Shown: positions 26,401 through 38,499 of the stretch, piece after piece
Layout: each line of letters starts with the position of its first letter
Numbering within the stretch: the first letter of the stretch is position 1
From: Oikopleura dioica
Lineage: Eukaryota > Animalia > Chordata
Assembly: GCA_907165135.1 (NCBI GenBank)
Contig: OU015566.1
Location: 2,418,001 to 2,482,000, forward strand
DNA: 64,000 nucleotides
Direction of reading: 5' to 3'
Translations under genes and position numbers: made by a program
Notes under the pieces: generated by a model
The model's database searches: none
The model's input: only the letters and a program-made list of their open reading frames with translations
What the model was told of the DNA's origin: nothing

Positions 26401-29400
26401 AAAATATTTAGAAACCTGACTCGTGCCCTCATCCCTTCGCTCATCCCTTTTCACAAAAGACAGCTTACTTATAGCAAGTTTATTTCACGCTGACTCCCTT
26501 CAACAGCAAGTTTCCGGCGGCTCAAGCTCCGATTTCCATTTTCTCCATTGCCACTTGGAATAGAATGGGTTAAGGGCTTCCGTTAGAACTTACGCTTTTC
26601 CGGTCAATAGAAAGGTTCACTTGAGAGGATGATTATCTTGAAGAAGACGCATTTTTCTAGGTGGTTAGAAAATGCCTTGAAATTATAAATCGGAGCAAGG
26701 AATGGGCGAGAAATTCGATGAGAAGAAAAAAGATTCAATTTGAGAATTCTTCTTTTTCGGTTTTTGTCAGAAGTTAACAGAATGATAGCACAGCGATTAG
26801 GCAAAGTTTTTTTTAAATCTTGTTCGATTAGACTTTTTTTTACTCCACTGGCGGGTACTAATTTTCCCGCTAAGATCACTTCAACTCATCATTTTCAAAA
26901 TTGCGGTAAATCTCAGAGCGGGAGTTATTTGAACAGAGGATTCTTCTTCTGTATCCTTGACAAACGTGGGCTGTCCCCTTAATCAGAGGATAATGGCCAC
27001 ACGGTCAAGCCATTAGGACCTTAACGATCTCAATTTTGAAGATCTTTAAAGCCGCCACGCGCATTTTTTTCGACAATGTGTCAGATTTTTTCAATGCTCT
27101 CCCTCTTTTTTTTGTGCCGAAAATAACTGGCTTCGGAACACATTTTTTTGTGGTCAATTTATTTTCGTATTTTTGCCACGGCGCTCGTTGCGGAAGCGAA
27201 TATTTTTTGGAAATTCTAGCGTTATGAAAAAACGTGAATGAAAATTATTGAATCGCTGTAAATATTTGGAATATTTTGTAAAGCATCGCGGGGCAGGGTT
27301 ACACCTGCTGCGGTTCCAATGCCAGAAATGTTCAAATAGGGAATTTAAAACACGATTTGACACGTTTTGCGCCAACGGGTTAGGTTTGCGATGATGGTGG
27401 ATTATTCATAATATATTCATGTTTGACCAAAAAGCAAATTTTTTCATTTTTAGAAAAGTAAAAAAATAGTTCGAATTTTTGCCATATTTTTTTTATAAAA
27501 TCTGATTGGCCTGCAAGCCGAACTAGGATTTTATTGGTCAATTTTAGCCAAAAATTTGGTCAAAATTAAAAATTTCAAATTATCGTTTTTTTTTTAATTC
27601 GGGCATTTTTGAAACTAATATTTGTTCTAAGATCCTCCAAAAACGTCCATCAAACTACCATCAACCCCAATCCTGGCCGGCTCTGAAATAGAAGTTGAAT
27701 GCGAACTGGAAGGAGCGAACCCGCCCGCACGCGAATTCCGCTGGATGATCGATGGCGAGATTCTTGAGAACGAAACGCAAAATGTCCTCAAATTGGAGGT
27801 TGCCGCCGCCCATCACCTTCAGCAAATTTCGTGTGAAGCCTTTAACGGAGTACAGAATGCGCAGCAACCGAGTGCTGGACAGATTGAAGTTCTTTGTAAG
27901 TTTGTTTTGATTTTTCGGTTTCCTGAGCTTTTCAGTTGAACCCGAATTGGTGGAGAAATCCAAACGAGTCGGCGTCGATCCAGAAGATACAGAAGTCGAG
28001 CTTTTTTGTGAGTTTTCTGGAAATCCAGCGCCGAAAATTGATTGGTAAGTTTCGAAAAAAATATCGAAAAAATCAGAAAAAATCGATTTTTTAGTCAAAA
28101 ATTAAAGTTTTTTCTAGGTTTTTGGAAGACAAGTATCTCGGCAGCGGAAAATCACTCATTCTCGATGCTCGAACAACCCCAGTTTCAGCCGGTTCTTACA
28201 GTTGTATCGCCTCAAACGATCTTGGCAAGGCCTCATCAGAAATCCTCGTTGTGGTCAAAGGTCCACCGACGATTATTTCCTCGAATCAGCAGTCGACGAA
28301 TCTGGAATGCGCATTTATGTCCGAACCAGCCCCAAGCCTGATCGAAATCAGAAACTTGGAAACGGACGAAATCGTCAAAATCGACGAAGAAATTCAGTTC
28401 TACAATTTGGAAGTCGTCAACGTCCAAAACTTGCCGCTTGGCTTGTACGAATGCAAAGTCGAGAACGAATTCGGATCGACGAGCGCTAGAATCTCACTCT
28501 ATGGAAATGGTAATTTGAAAAACTGAATGTTTTGGCTTATTACAACTGGGGTATATTTTGCGTCGTGTAAGGCCATGCAAAGTGGGCGAAATTGAAAAAT
28601 TTAAAGTGGCGCGCAATTAACCCGTGTCAAAGAAAAACCAACAGAACGGTTTAATTGACACGATAACATTTTTAAATCTCAAAAAGTCGAGATTTGAGTT
28701 CTTCAAAGTTTGTTTTTACTCGAATTTCGAATGTATACATTTTCTCTCAAAACTTAAGATTCTCTCAAAAACGTGGATTCAATCATCCAAAAATATCGAA
28801 TTTTCAAAAAAAAATTAATAAAAAATTTTTTTGATCAAAATTGATCGTTATCAGTCAAAATTCCCCTTATCACTTCATAATTCGCAAGAAAAAAATCGGT
28901 TGCGTCGAAAGTTTCGACTCGAAACAGAGCGCGGAGGAAGCGGCGATTGAAATTCTATTTTTAGGATTGGGCGCCAGCGCCAAGCTTGGAATAATTGTTG
29001 GTGTTTTGGTCGTGGCGATCGCGATGGTGCTATTTTCGCTTATTAAAATGAAGGTGATCAGCAATACCAGAAGATTCAAGCTCAATCAGGTACTGAAAAA
29101 ATGATCAAGAACAAAAAAAGCCTTCAAAACTAAGCCAAAGTTTTTCCAAAAAATGATTGATAGATTGTTAACCCATTTCCGCCTCTTGCTTTCCCAGATC
29201 CGTGTATTTTTCTCAGTGTATTTTTTCTGCTCTGATGGGCGGTGGTTACTCAATTCCGCGGCGAAACCGCTCCGTCGACCGGGCGTTCCGTTTCCGCTTT
29301 TCCTTCTAACCTCGAAAAAGAGAGAGAGGCTGCCTCGAGGAATATTTTGTTTAATGAAAATGATTGAACCGCGGTCGTAGAAGGGCAGGAGGAAAAAGAG

Positions 29401-30694
29401 AATTTAAAATGGAAAATGGGCGCTCGTCCCTAATGGATTCAATTTTGGTGCCAAATTAGCCGACCACAGTTCCGAAACGCGCAGAGCACACAAATGCCAG
29501 CTCGGACAAGGTGGATCAGCACGTGCACAAACACGTTACTTCGGATTCATTATCTGCTCACTACAGTGATACTATTTTCGCGCTTTTTCAAGGCATTTTG
29601 ACTATTTTCAAACTCTGAAAAAAGAGTTCCCACACTTTTTTTTGGGTGGTGTCAGGAACCGACGAAAATTTCGACAAATTTTGCGTGGAAATTTTTAACC
29701 AATCAGAAATCTGGATTTGGCTTACCGCTTGTACCGCAAATCAGCAGCCGAGTAGTCGCCCAACGAAAAATTTGTCGAAATTTTTTGTAGGTCCCTGACA
29801 CAAAATGTATTTTTGAGAGTAAAAAATTAAGGGTGTCCTTGCTAAAAATATCTTGAGAAAAAATTCTTATCGGACATTTGATGAGCCATTTTTTTCCTCC
29901 CTAAAATTAAGAATTCGTGATTTTAAGGGTTCGTGCTAATTTATTCGAAAATGACACATCATCAACATATTTGGAACATCCTCAAACACTCCCTTATCGG
30001 TAGTGTTCTGAGGCTGCCCCGGCATTTAACTGATAACGTTGCTTATCACCTCCATTTTCTCAACCTTTTTCGCTTTCTTATCATTTCTTATCAAGAACCA
30101 TTATCAGCTAATTTATTTACTTTTCTTTTCAGGTTCCGGAAAACGACTCAACTGGAGATCTCGAATCGAACCGCCGCTCCATCGTTATTTCGAAGCCGTT
30201 TTTGCAGAAGCACCAGTCGAACCCGCTGCATGTGTTGGATTCGCAATTGGACGCGATTCTCGACAACCACGGTGAGTCTTTGTTTGACATAATTCCGCGG
30301 TTCTTTTAACTTGGCGACATATTTAATTCGATGCGCGACTCTACCATCCAATTAGAGGAATTGTGCTTACATAAGATTCACTTCTCTTTTTTCCTTCCCT
30401 AACGCTTTCTTTTTAGTTGAAGTGCGCTACTCCGACATCAACCCTTCCGACTCCGGTTCGACCCACCGATCCGCCGCCGACGACGGCTACGCCACCGAGT
30501 CCGGCAGCAACAACAAGATCGCCGCCAGCATCGGCTCCAACTTCACCAATTACGAGTTCGAGCAGAATTCGAATCCGCAGAGCTCGCAGACGAAGTTAAA
30601 GGTCATCTGGGACGATTCGCTGCCGCACGATTACGAGACGAAAGGACTCTTTGTCAGTAATTACAGAAAACAGAGGTCGATTTCTCAAGTTTGA
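17426..30694 (+). CDS. KIRREL: KIRREL/NEPH-like Ig-superfamily adhesion receptor (5 Ig domains, TM, C-terminal PDZ-binding motif)
   Basis: Phase-compatible GT-AG exons: 17426-17459, 23416-23712, 23755-23961, 24521-24697, 27632-27895, 27936-28044, 28118-28509, 28965-29053 (TM GIIVGVLVVAIAMVLFSLI), 30133-30271, 30417-30694. Ig1 has QWAKGKLGLG, Ig2 is C2-set (CSVEHPAL), and the tail ends ISQV. Confidence 0.85.
29649..29801. mobile_element. ~150-bp MITE in a KIRREL intron
   Basis: GTGTCAGGAACCGACGAAAATTTCGACAAATTT versus the reverse complement of the right end, GTGTCAGGGACCTACAAAAAATTTCGACAAATTT. No TSD. Confidence 0.75.
29994..30105. promoter_or_regulatory. Homotypic GATA-site cluster (candidate intronic enhancer)
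   Basis: Six GATAA/TTATC sites at 29994, 30032, 30043, 30078, 30088 and 30101. Function is inferred only. Confidence 0.45.
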
Positions 30695-31833
30695 GCGGAA
30701 TTTTTGACTGTATATTGCCATTTTTTGACTGTAAACTTCAAGAATAAATACAATTTTCTACTTCTTAATTTCTGTTTAGTCAAATTTCTCGAAAAAATTT
30801 TATGGAAAAAATTCAAAAAACACGATTTTTAACTGAAAATCTTCCGATAAAAAACTTTTCTACTGAATAATTTATTCAAGCAAAAAAATATTTAACGTTT
30901 TTAAAATCCCTCTCGTTTGATCTTCTTTTTTCTCCGAACGCTCCTTTAGTAAGAATTCCGCCCGATCTCGTTCACGAAATATTTTTCTTCGTTCTGAATC
31001 CGACTCGCACGTGATCGTTGAAACCCTCTTTTTTCTGGTTTCTCAATTTTCATTCTCAGAATTGCTTTCGCAAATTGTGATGTTATCCGCGACGAGGGGC
31101 GCAATTGCAAATTAACTCTCGCGAGTACAAATCGGAAAAACAAAATTAACCCTCGGCCGACAGCTGGAGCAACAAGCCGCAGAGTGAACAGGAAGAGTTT
31201 CTCAGGCATGTAAGAACCAACCGCCAGTGATTCATTTCAAAATAAAATTATTGCTTGTTTTTGTGAAATTTCTAAAATTAGCATAAATTCGCCACCCCAC
31301 TCATTCAATTTCCAAATGGAAGGAAGCACCAAAGCCTCTCGCTTCCAGAGGCTGATATCATCTCTCGATCCCTTATCGTATTTTCGCCATGTTTACCAAC
31401 AGGTTCTTACCTCACGTGTAAGCGGAAGTGTCGCACGCGCCAGTGCGGCCCGTTGCGCGCCAAAACAGGATCGAGGGCGGCGGCGCTGAAAACTTATCGC
31501 GCTTCGGCGTTTTTGGCACCGACGAGGATAGAACCAATGCCACAACAACAGATTTGCGTATATTTTCTCTTAGCGACACTTTCAAAAGTTACTTTGAAAA
31601 ATGCTTCGAATACAAATTTATTCGAAAAAATCGGTTATTTCTTTCAAAAATTCTTGACTTGAAATCAAGGAAGAAAATTTATTAAATATTTTGCCGATTT
31701 CATCGAGAATGATTCGCGCACCATCATCATCTCATTAGAACAACATTACGTATGGAATCGCTTCTGAAATTCTCAGTCTAATTATTTCGCCGTTGATCTA
31801 TAAAAACCTCGCGCCAAGGCGGTGGAGGCTCAA

Positions 31834-32046
31834 ATGAAATTCTTGACAATTCTATTTCTGTCTTTTCTGATCTCGGTCGAAGCGGGGCTGAGAGAAATAC
31901 CAAGTTTTTGTAAAATAAGTACTTGTAAGAAGTGCAATAAATTGATCAATATGGGATCGAGAAGAAAAGAAGTTCATCTTTGTGCTAGAATTTTAAATCT
32001 TCCTCACTGTTGCCCAATTTTTATTTCAAAACCATCCTTTGGCTGA
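31834..32046 (+). CDS. Small secreted 6-Cys peptide, single exon
   Basis: MKFLTILFLSFLISVEAG signal peptide, then FC-x4-C-x2-C-x15-C-x8-CCP, ending in G-stop. Confidence 0.75.
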   Translation: MKFLTILFLSFLISVEAGLREIPSFCKISTCKKCNKLINMGSRRKEVHLCARILNLPHCCPIFISKPSFG

Positions 32047-32100
32047 TGTTTTCGCTTTCATTTTTTTTAATAAATAACGTTTTCTTCAAGCAGTCATTTT

Positions 32101-33064
32101 TTATTCGGCATCAAAAATAACAGCATTATCGCAAGTTTCTCTGCGACTGAAGTCTTTCGTTTTGAAAACCTCAAGCTCTGTAGATTTGATTTCATTGTCA
32201 ATTCTCAGCCGAAAGACCTCTTCACGAAGAGCTTCTGATTCTACATTCGCCATTTTCAGTTGCAGCGAAAGATCCTCGATTTTCAAAAGCGAATTTTGCA
32301 GCGTATTTTCAGACAGTTCTTTTTTGTCTCTTTGATGATCCTCGTCATATTCGCAGCAGTCGCAGAGACACTCATGTTTGACATTTTTGAGAATTTCAAT
32401 CTTAGAGCTGAGAATCGTGTTGTTTCGCTTTTCTACTTCGATGATGCTCTTTGATCTTTCAACGGGTCAAATCGAGGATCAAGTCAATTTAACTGACTAA
32501 ATTTGACCATTCCTGATGAGGTCTTCAGTCACTTCTTTGAATCTTTCTTTGTAAAATTTTTCATTTTCTGAACGATCCTGAAGATTATGCAATCTTGATC
32601 TCAATTCTCTGTTTTGATTTTGAGAGCATAAAAGATCTTCTTCAAGTTTTTCCATTCGCTCTTTTTGATCTTGCTCGATGGCGAAATCTTGCTCGGTATC
32701 TTCTCGGTATTTTTGAAACGCTTCTTGTTGGTCTTCAAATTCCGTCTTTAGCCTTTTGATTATTGATAAAAAAGGCAAATTTTAATCAAAATTACTCGTG
32801 AAATTCAGCTCTCAGCCGCTCATATTGAGTCGTTGCGCCCTCGGAGTCTTAAAAATCCTAGTTTCGACTTGATTTTTTGACCTTACCAGAGTAGCTCAAA
32901 TCTGAAAAATATTCCTCGTTGTCTTCAGCCAAAAGTTTTTCCGCATTATTGAGTGCTTTTTTGACCAACTCGTGCTGAATGACCAAATTTGTATATTCAA
33001 TTTGCAATTCTGTCAGTGCATTTTCTGCTTCTATTCTCCTTCTTTTCTCGCTTATCTCGGCCAT
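32101..33064 (-). CDS. Coiled-coil protein of unknown function, multi-exon, 5' end uncertain
   Basis: Heptad-rich E/K/Q exons at ~33064-32885, ~32855-32800, ~32750-32513 and 32455-32101. The last junction needs a GA donor. May join upstream to the 33283-33590 TM exons. Confidence 0.65.
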
Positions 33065-33282
33065 TTTTTTGATATTCTGAGCCGGATTTTGGACTGGTCA
33101 GATTCTTGAGAGCTCTCGAAACTTGTAGAATGCGTCAATTAGGCAATCAGAATATTTTGACAACTCAGAAAAAAAATGAAATTGTATTTATACAGCGAGT
33201 TTCAAACAGAAAGAGTTCAATTGTCATTCAAAACAGAACTATCTGACTTGATTTCTTGCAAGATTCGATCCTAAAATTAATT

Positions 33283-33590
33283 TTAGAATAAGTTTTTCGT
33301 CGTAAAATTACCCCTGTTGATTTGACTAGAATCTGTCGGCTGATCAGTTGTTTCTGGACTTTGAGAACCTCTCATACAGTGGCCGCAGAAAATACCGACA
33401 ATCAAAAAGCCGATAAAAACGCCGATAATCATGATCCACTCCCACATTTCTGCAGTCTGTTGAGCTAAAAAAATCAAGCCATTACCCCTTTTTGATAATT
33501 GTCAATTCACCTCTTTCCAAATTAAAAAGTTCCATGTCTGTCAGACAGTCTTTACTTGCCGAAGTCTTTCCAAGACTTCTGCAGTGCGGT
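33283..33590 (-). CDS. Small single-pass membrane protein exons
   Basis: MKPHCRSLGK...ERG spliced in phase 1 to AQQTAEMWEWIMIIGVFIGFLIVGIFCGHC, a clear hydrophobic segment. Confidence 0.4.
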
Positions 33591-34006
33591 TTCATTGTCT
33601 TTCTCACTGAACTTTCTCTCCGACTATTTATCTATTCTTTTTGTTTTCTACCGAATGCAGGATTACGCGATATTAGAGTCAGATTTTGGCCATGAAAGAA
33701 TGAGCCCCACTATCGTGATCTAGTTAATATCGACCAACAAGGCCGGGTTTAACGAGAACACGCTTGCGACAACTTATGAATCACTGAGACGAGAGTATTC
33801 TGAATGCCAGATTACTGTGATTGAAGGGTATTAAACCCATAAAGCGCGATCCCGTACATAACTTACCCTTCGAGACGCTCTTAAACTTGTCTTTTTCAAG
33901 TTAATTATTCAAATACCAGCATTTTCCTGGAAAACCAACGACCAAGGTCACTAACAGTCAGATTTTTTGAATAATTTTGCGGCCAAAAGAGGCCTTTTTG
34001 TTCAAT

Positions 34007-34640
34007 TTATTGACCACTTAGCAGCAGAAACTCCTTAAAATGCTTCAAATCGACTTCTTCCTCCGCTGTTTTGGAATTTGCAGCCTGAAGAAATTCGGCA
34101 AAACATTTGAATTCATCATCAAAAAGCGGCTCTTCGCCAAGTTCTGTCATGATGTTCTTGAGCTTTGACATTGGAAGAGCGCCGAGATTGTTTTTGTCAA
34201 AGTACTGCACTGCCTCTGAAAACGATAATAAATCAAATTTTCGGAAAAATTACGATTGAGCTGCGATGCAGGATTTTCTGGATGGTTTTCTTTGTGAACA
34301 AGCATCATTTTTTGAAACTCTTCAAAATCGATTACTTCGTTTCCATCCTCATCAAAGTCGAGCATCAGCTTCTTAATTTCTTCCTTCGAGGGCGGGTGGC
34401 ATCCGATTGTCTTCATTACTGTCTCCAGTTCGGAGAGATTTATCGTCCTGAAAATTGTTTATTTAGCAATTTTTTCAGTATTTCAATTGAATTTTTTTAT
34501 AAAAAATCCAACCTGTCTCCATCATTATCAAAGAGCTCGAATAGGGCCTTTATCTCTTCCTCCTCAGTTGACATCTGTTTCAACTCAATCTCCTTGACTT
34601 CACTTTTCTTCCTTGATTTTCTCTTGCCCGCGTCGCTTCT
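34007..34640 (-). CDS. Calmodulin/centrin-like EF-hand protein, start codon not resolved
   Basis: EF loops FELFDNDGDR|TINLSEL, DFDEDGNEVIDFEEF and degenerate YFDKNNLGALPMSKL...LGEEPL. GT-AG introns. Confidence 0.85.
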
Positions 34641-34907
34641 CGAAAGAAGATAATTTAAAAATTGCCAACACATCAATTTTCGTTCTATTTTTGGATCTAT
34701 TTTTGGAAATGGAAGAGTAACTAAATGAGGAGAGGAGATGGTTGAAACTCATCAGCCACGAATCGATAGCGGTGATTATTTTCCAAAGAGCTTTTTGATG
34801 CTTTTATTAGTCAGAAGGGAAGCTCAATTTTCCGTTACTGAAGGGAACACAATTTAAAGATTTTTTATTCATTATATACAGACAGACACTTCTCTTTAAA
34901 AATTCAT

Positions 34908-36535
34908 TTATGGCGCATACGGTCTGAACCCCCTGGCTAACATTGTCCAAGATTGAACAGCATCGCCAGATTCTTTAGCGAGGAAGAAACTTAGATTATT
35001 TTCGAGGTGAGCGATCCTTAAAAAAATATTTAACTCAAATAACGAAATGAGACTTACTCTTTTTCTGAGCATTCAGCATCACTCACTGCCAGTCTGAACA
35101 TCTCCCTCATCAATTCTGGGTCTGTATACTTGTGAGCAACAGAGAGTCCTCGCAACAGACAAGGATTGTCAACCACAATTCCTTGCGGATTCAGCCCAGA
35201 GCAGATGCCAGCCGACCTCTTCAACTTTTCCCTGAAAACATCGAAAGAAAGAACAAATACTGTAACTCACTGTTTTCCCGCATTTTGAATCAAATCTCCG
35301 ACGTAAACATCATCCATCGGAAGCACTTGAGTCCTTTCAATCGCATTTTCCATCGCTAAAGCGAGATTTCGCGTTGTTACGTAAGCAGCGCCAGAGAAAT
35401 AAGAACTGAACTCGTCAGCATCGTACATTTGCTCCGGCATGAAATATTTTGAAGAAGTATCGCGAATCGGAAGGGCGCCTTTTTTTAGACAACCTATTCC
35501 TTCAACGGAGCGTTGAGAGCTTCTGATCGCAGCGATTTCGCGAGCGAAATTTTGGGGGACTTTTTTGGATTGAGAAATTGAAGAATATGAAGCGGACATG
35601 GTTACGCGACGGCTTCGCTCTCTAAATTCTTTCTCATTTTCAACCCTTTTTAAAAGAATATCATCATCGCCTTTGAACACATAATCCACATTCTTACACG
35701 ACTTCTCAATAAACCTCAAGAACGCAATGTCCTTGAATGGCAAATTATAAAGCGACTCTTGAAAATCCAACAGCAAAATATCTCCCTTCTCTAGAATTTC
35801 ATCCGACAAATCAACCTCTTCTTCTGCTTGGGCGATGAGGAAAACCACCTTGATTCTGTAATGCAGCCAGTTCCATATTTCTGGTTGGAGCCAGGTATCG
35901 CGAAGAGCTTGACGCATTTGAGAGGATCTTGGCAGCGATTTTATTCCGAAAATTATCGTTTCGTCTTCGCAAGGGAGTGGAGAGATGAGAGCTTCTGGTT
36001 GTCGATCGGGGTCGAATTTGAACAGTTTGTTCAAATGAGAGAACATCCCTGTATAAACGCAATTTCGTTCATTATTCAATCTCCTCTGTCCCCTCAAATC
36101 CGGATAAAGACTTTCAACTTCCGAGACATTCAGCGTATTCTCTTTGTCCCAACCATCGCAATTTCTCCTGTACATCACCCAAGAATTAAACTCCGCCGAA
36201 ACAACATCTGGGCCCTTCCGGAGCTCGAAAAATCCCAGCTCATTTTCGATGACTTCCGAGACTCCGTTGCACTCGTCTTTTTCAGCGCAAGCGAGTTTTG
36301 CTGATTCAAGAGACGAAAAACGGAAACATTCGATCGTTACCGGATCTTTGATGCAGTTCTAGATACTGTTAGAAAAAAGCTTTTTCTCAAAAGAACTTAC
36401 TGATATCGTCACTCCTTCGTGAAAAACCCAAAACTGTAATTCGTTGCTCCCGTCTTGTTCGTCCGGGGATGTGACATACAGTAGTAGCAGCAAATACAGA
36501 CAGTAATTCAATCTCTTTGTCAATAAAGCCTCCAT
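34908..36535 (-). CDS. Second GT31 beta-1,3-glycosyltransferase with a Cys-containing stem module
   Basis: N-terminal TM (YCLYLLLLLYV). Stem FSSLESAKLACAEKDECNGV...FELRKG. Catalytic motifs IKSLPRSSQMRQALRDTW, DILLLDFQESLYNLPFK, FKGDDDILL, YFSGAAY and MDDVYVG. Confidence 0.85.
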
Positions 36536-37193
36536 TTTTCAGCCCCAATTTCTCTTTTTTTTAATTTCTCTTCATAATGCTTTTAGGGTTAATTTATATC
36601 AATGATATATAAAATATTTTTACCATGATATTTTGATTGCTTATTCTTTAGGATAGCCGGTTTATCGTGAGAACGAGACATCGAGATTCGACAAAGATAA
36701 CGATAGCAATATGCGTGTTCCGCAAAAAATATTGATGTCCTGGGAAAAACTTCTATAGAAAAAATATTTTCAAGAAAGGGAATTATAATTTCTGAGTTTT
36801 TTTAAAGAAACAAACAAATTTTTGATATTTTGAAATTTTTATTTCATTCATTTTGTGTCAAGCAGGCCAATACTCGATCATATTTTTTAGGTTCCAATAA
36901 GTATTGTTTTTTGTACAAGCTGTTATTTTATTTTTCAAGAAATTTGACAAAATGAAAATCTCCCCCGAGGAAATTTTATTTTTTCAAATTTTTGAAACAG
37001 CAGTTATTTCGATTTTTTCGAAAGTTGATCGCAGCAATATTTGCCGCCTTTCGTTTTTTTTCACTCATTTTCAGAGAGAAAAGCAGTAGGTAAAATTGGT
37101 ATGAGTAGTGAGATGAGTTTTTCGTACAATCGTTACTTCTTCTTGTCGGAGAGGAAACTTTTTTTCGGTAAATACAGTTGTTTGGAGAATTTT

Positions 37194-38499
37194 CTAGCAG
37201 GAGCTGTCCGCGCTGGCGGCTTTTCCGGAGCAGCATTGTTGAGTGGCGGGATTGATTTTGACGCTAGAATAAGGATTTATTCATTGTTAATCGGAAAAAG
37301 GGCGATGGGGAAAATAAGGGTATCATAACGATATTTCTGTAAAAAATGTAAAATTTCAAACGAGAACCGACTTATTGATCTTATTTGCGATTTTCATCAA
37401 CTTACAACGGATTGCCATTTCCTCCGCAGCATTGATGCTCAACTCCGACGCCTCGGACACTTGAGGCGCTGCTATCATCAGAGCTGAATCCTCCAGCACC
37501 GCCGGCACCAGCGCCGCCCCCGCTGACACAAGATTCGTTCTCGTCAAATCCGTTGAACCATTGTCCGGAACCGGTCTGGGCAAATTCTCGAGCGGCAAAC
37601 ATTTGATTGGCAAAAGCCAAGTCGCAGTTGAATAGCGAGGCTTTGCAGCTGTTTTCTGGTTCTTTCGTGTAGATCGACTTGAGGAGATGTTAAAAATGAA
37701 GTCGAGAAGAGTTGAGTCAGTACCTTATTTCGTCGCTTGTAGACCCATCTGTAGCTTTCATCTTCGTTGTTACAGTCTTCTCCGTAAGCTGCAGTTGCGC
37801 AGCTGAGGCAGACCTTGTATTGATGACAGGCAGTATCCAAGGAATCGATGGGTTTTCCTTAAAATTTTATTATCAAAAAATGATAATAAAAAAATCTTAC
37901 CTTTTCCGATTTCGCTCATGTCCTTCCCAGTCAACTGGTGGCAGAAGCAGCCGTAAGCCCAAAAATCTGCGGCGTTGAAGCTCTCCTTTTTCTTGAGACC
38001 GTTGATGTTCCAGACCTTGCCGGCGATGGTGGCGAGATCGCCATAAGTGGAAGGGATGTCGACTTTGTCCTCACGGGGCTTTTTGTCTTTTCCCTTGCCC
38101 TTCTTTCGGCGGCGAGCTGAAGAAAATTAGATAAATGAAGAATGAACCGAAATGGTCTGTTAAATTCATTTTTTAGAATTGCTATTTTTTGATTTAACGG
38201 AGTGATACCCTTATTTCCAATCAATATATATATATAAAATCCTAGGAATTTGATTCATATTCTTTTTTTATTGTCCTTAGATCAAAATGAGAAGAAAAAA
38301 TAAGGGTGTCACTTCATTAATTTTCAAAAATAGTTAATAAAAAAGTAGATAGGCTCTTACCTAAAGGAGAATCTTCTGGAAGCTCGGGAAAGGGTTCAAA
38401 AGTTTCGCAGTCAACTCTAACTCTTCCGGAGTAGCATTCCTCATCATCTAGAATCTGAGCATGGGCAGCTGCGGCGAGAAAAACTGTCGAAACTTTCAT
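37194..38499 (-). CDS. Secreted phospholipase A2-like protein lacking catalytic residues, with C-terminal CC repeats
   Basis: Signal peptide MKVSTVFLAAAAHA. WAYGCFC...GK|GKPIDSLDTACHQYKVC and CKASLFNCDLAFA. Gly-rich linker, HQCCGG and INPATQQCCSG...C-stop. Five GT-AG exons. Confidence 0.8.

Noticed and set aside
30445-30465. GGTTCGA T-loop-like motif (also at 2992) as a tRNA
   Set aside because: No cloverleaf can be built. The sites lie in a KIRREL exon and an O-FucT intron.
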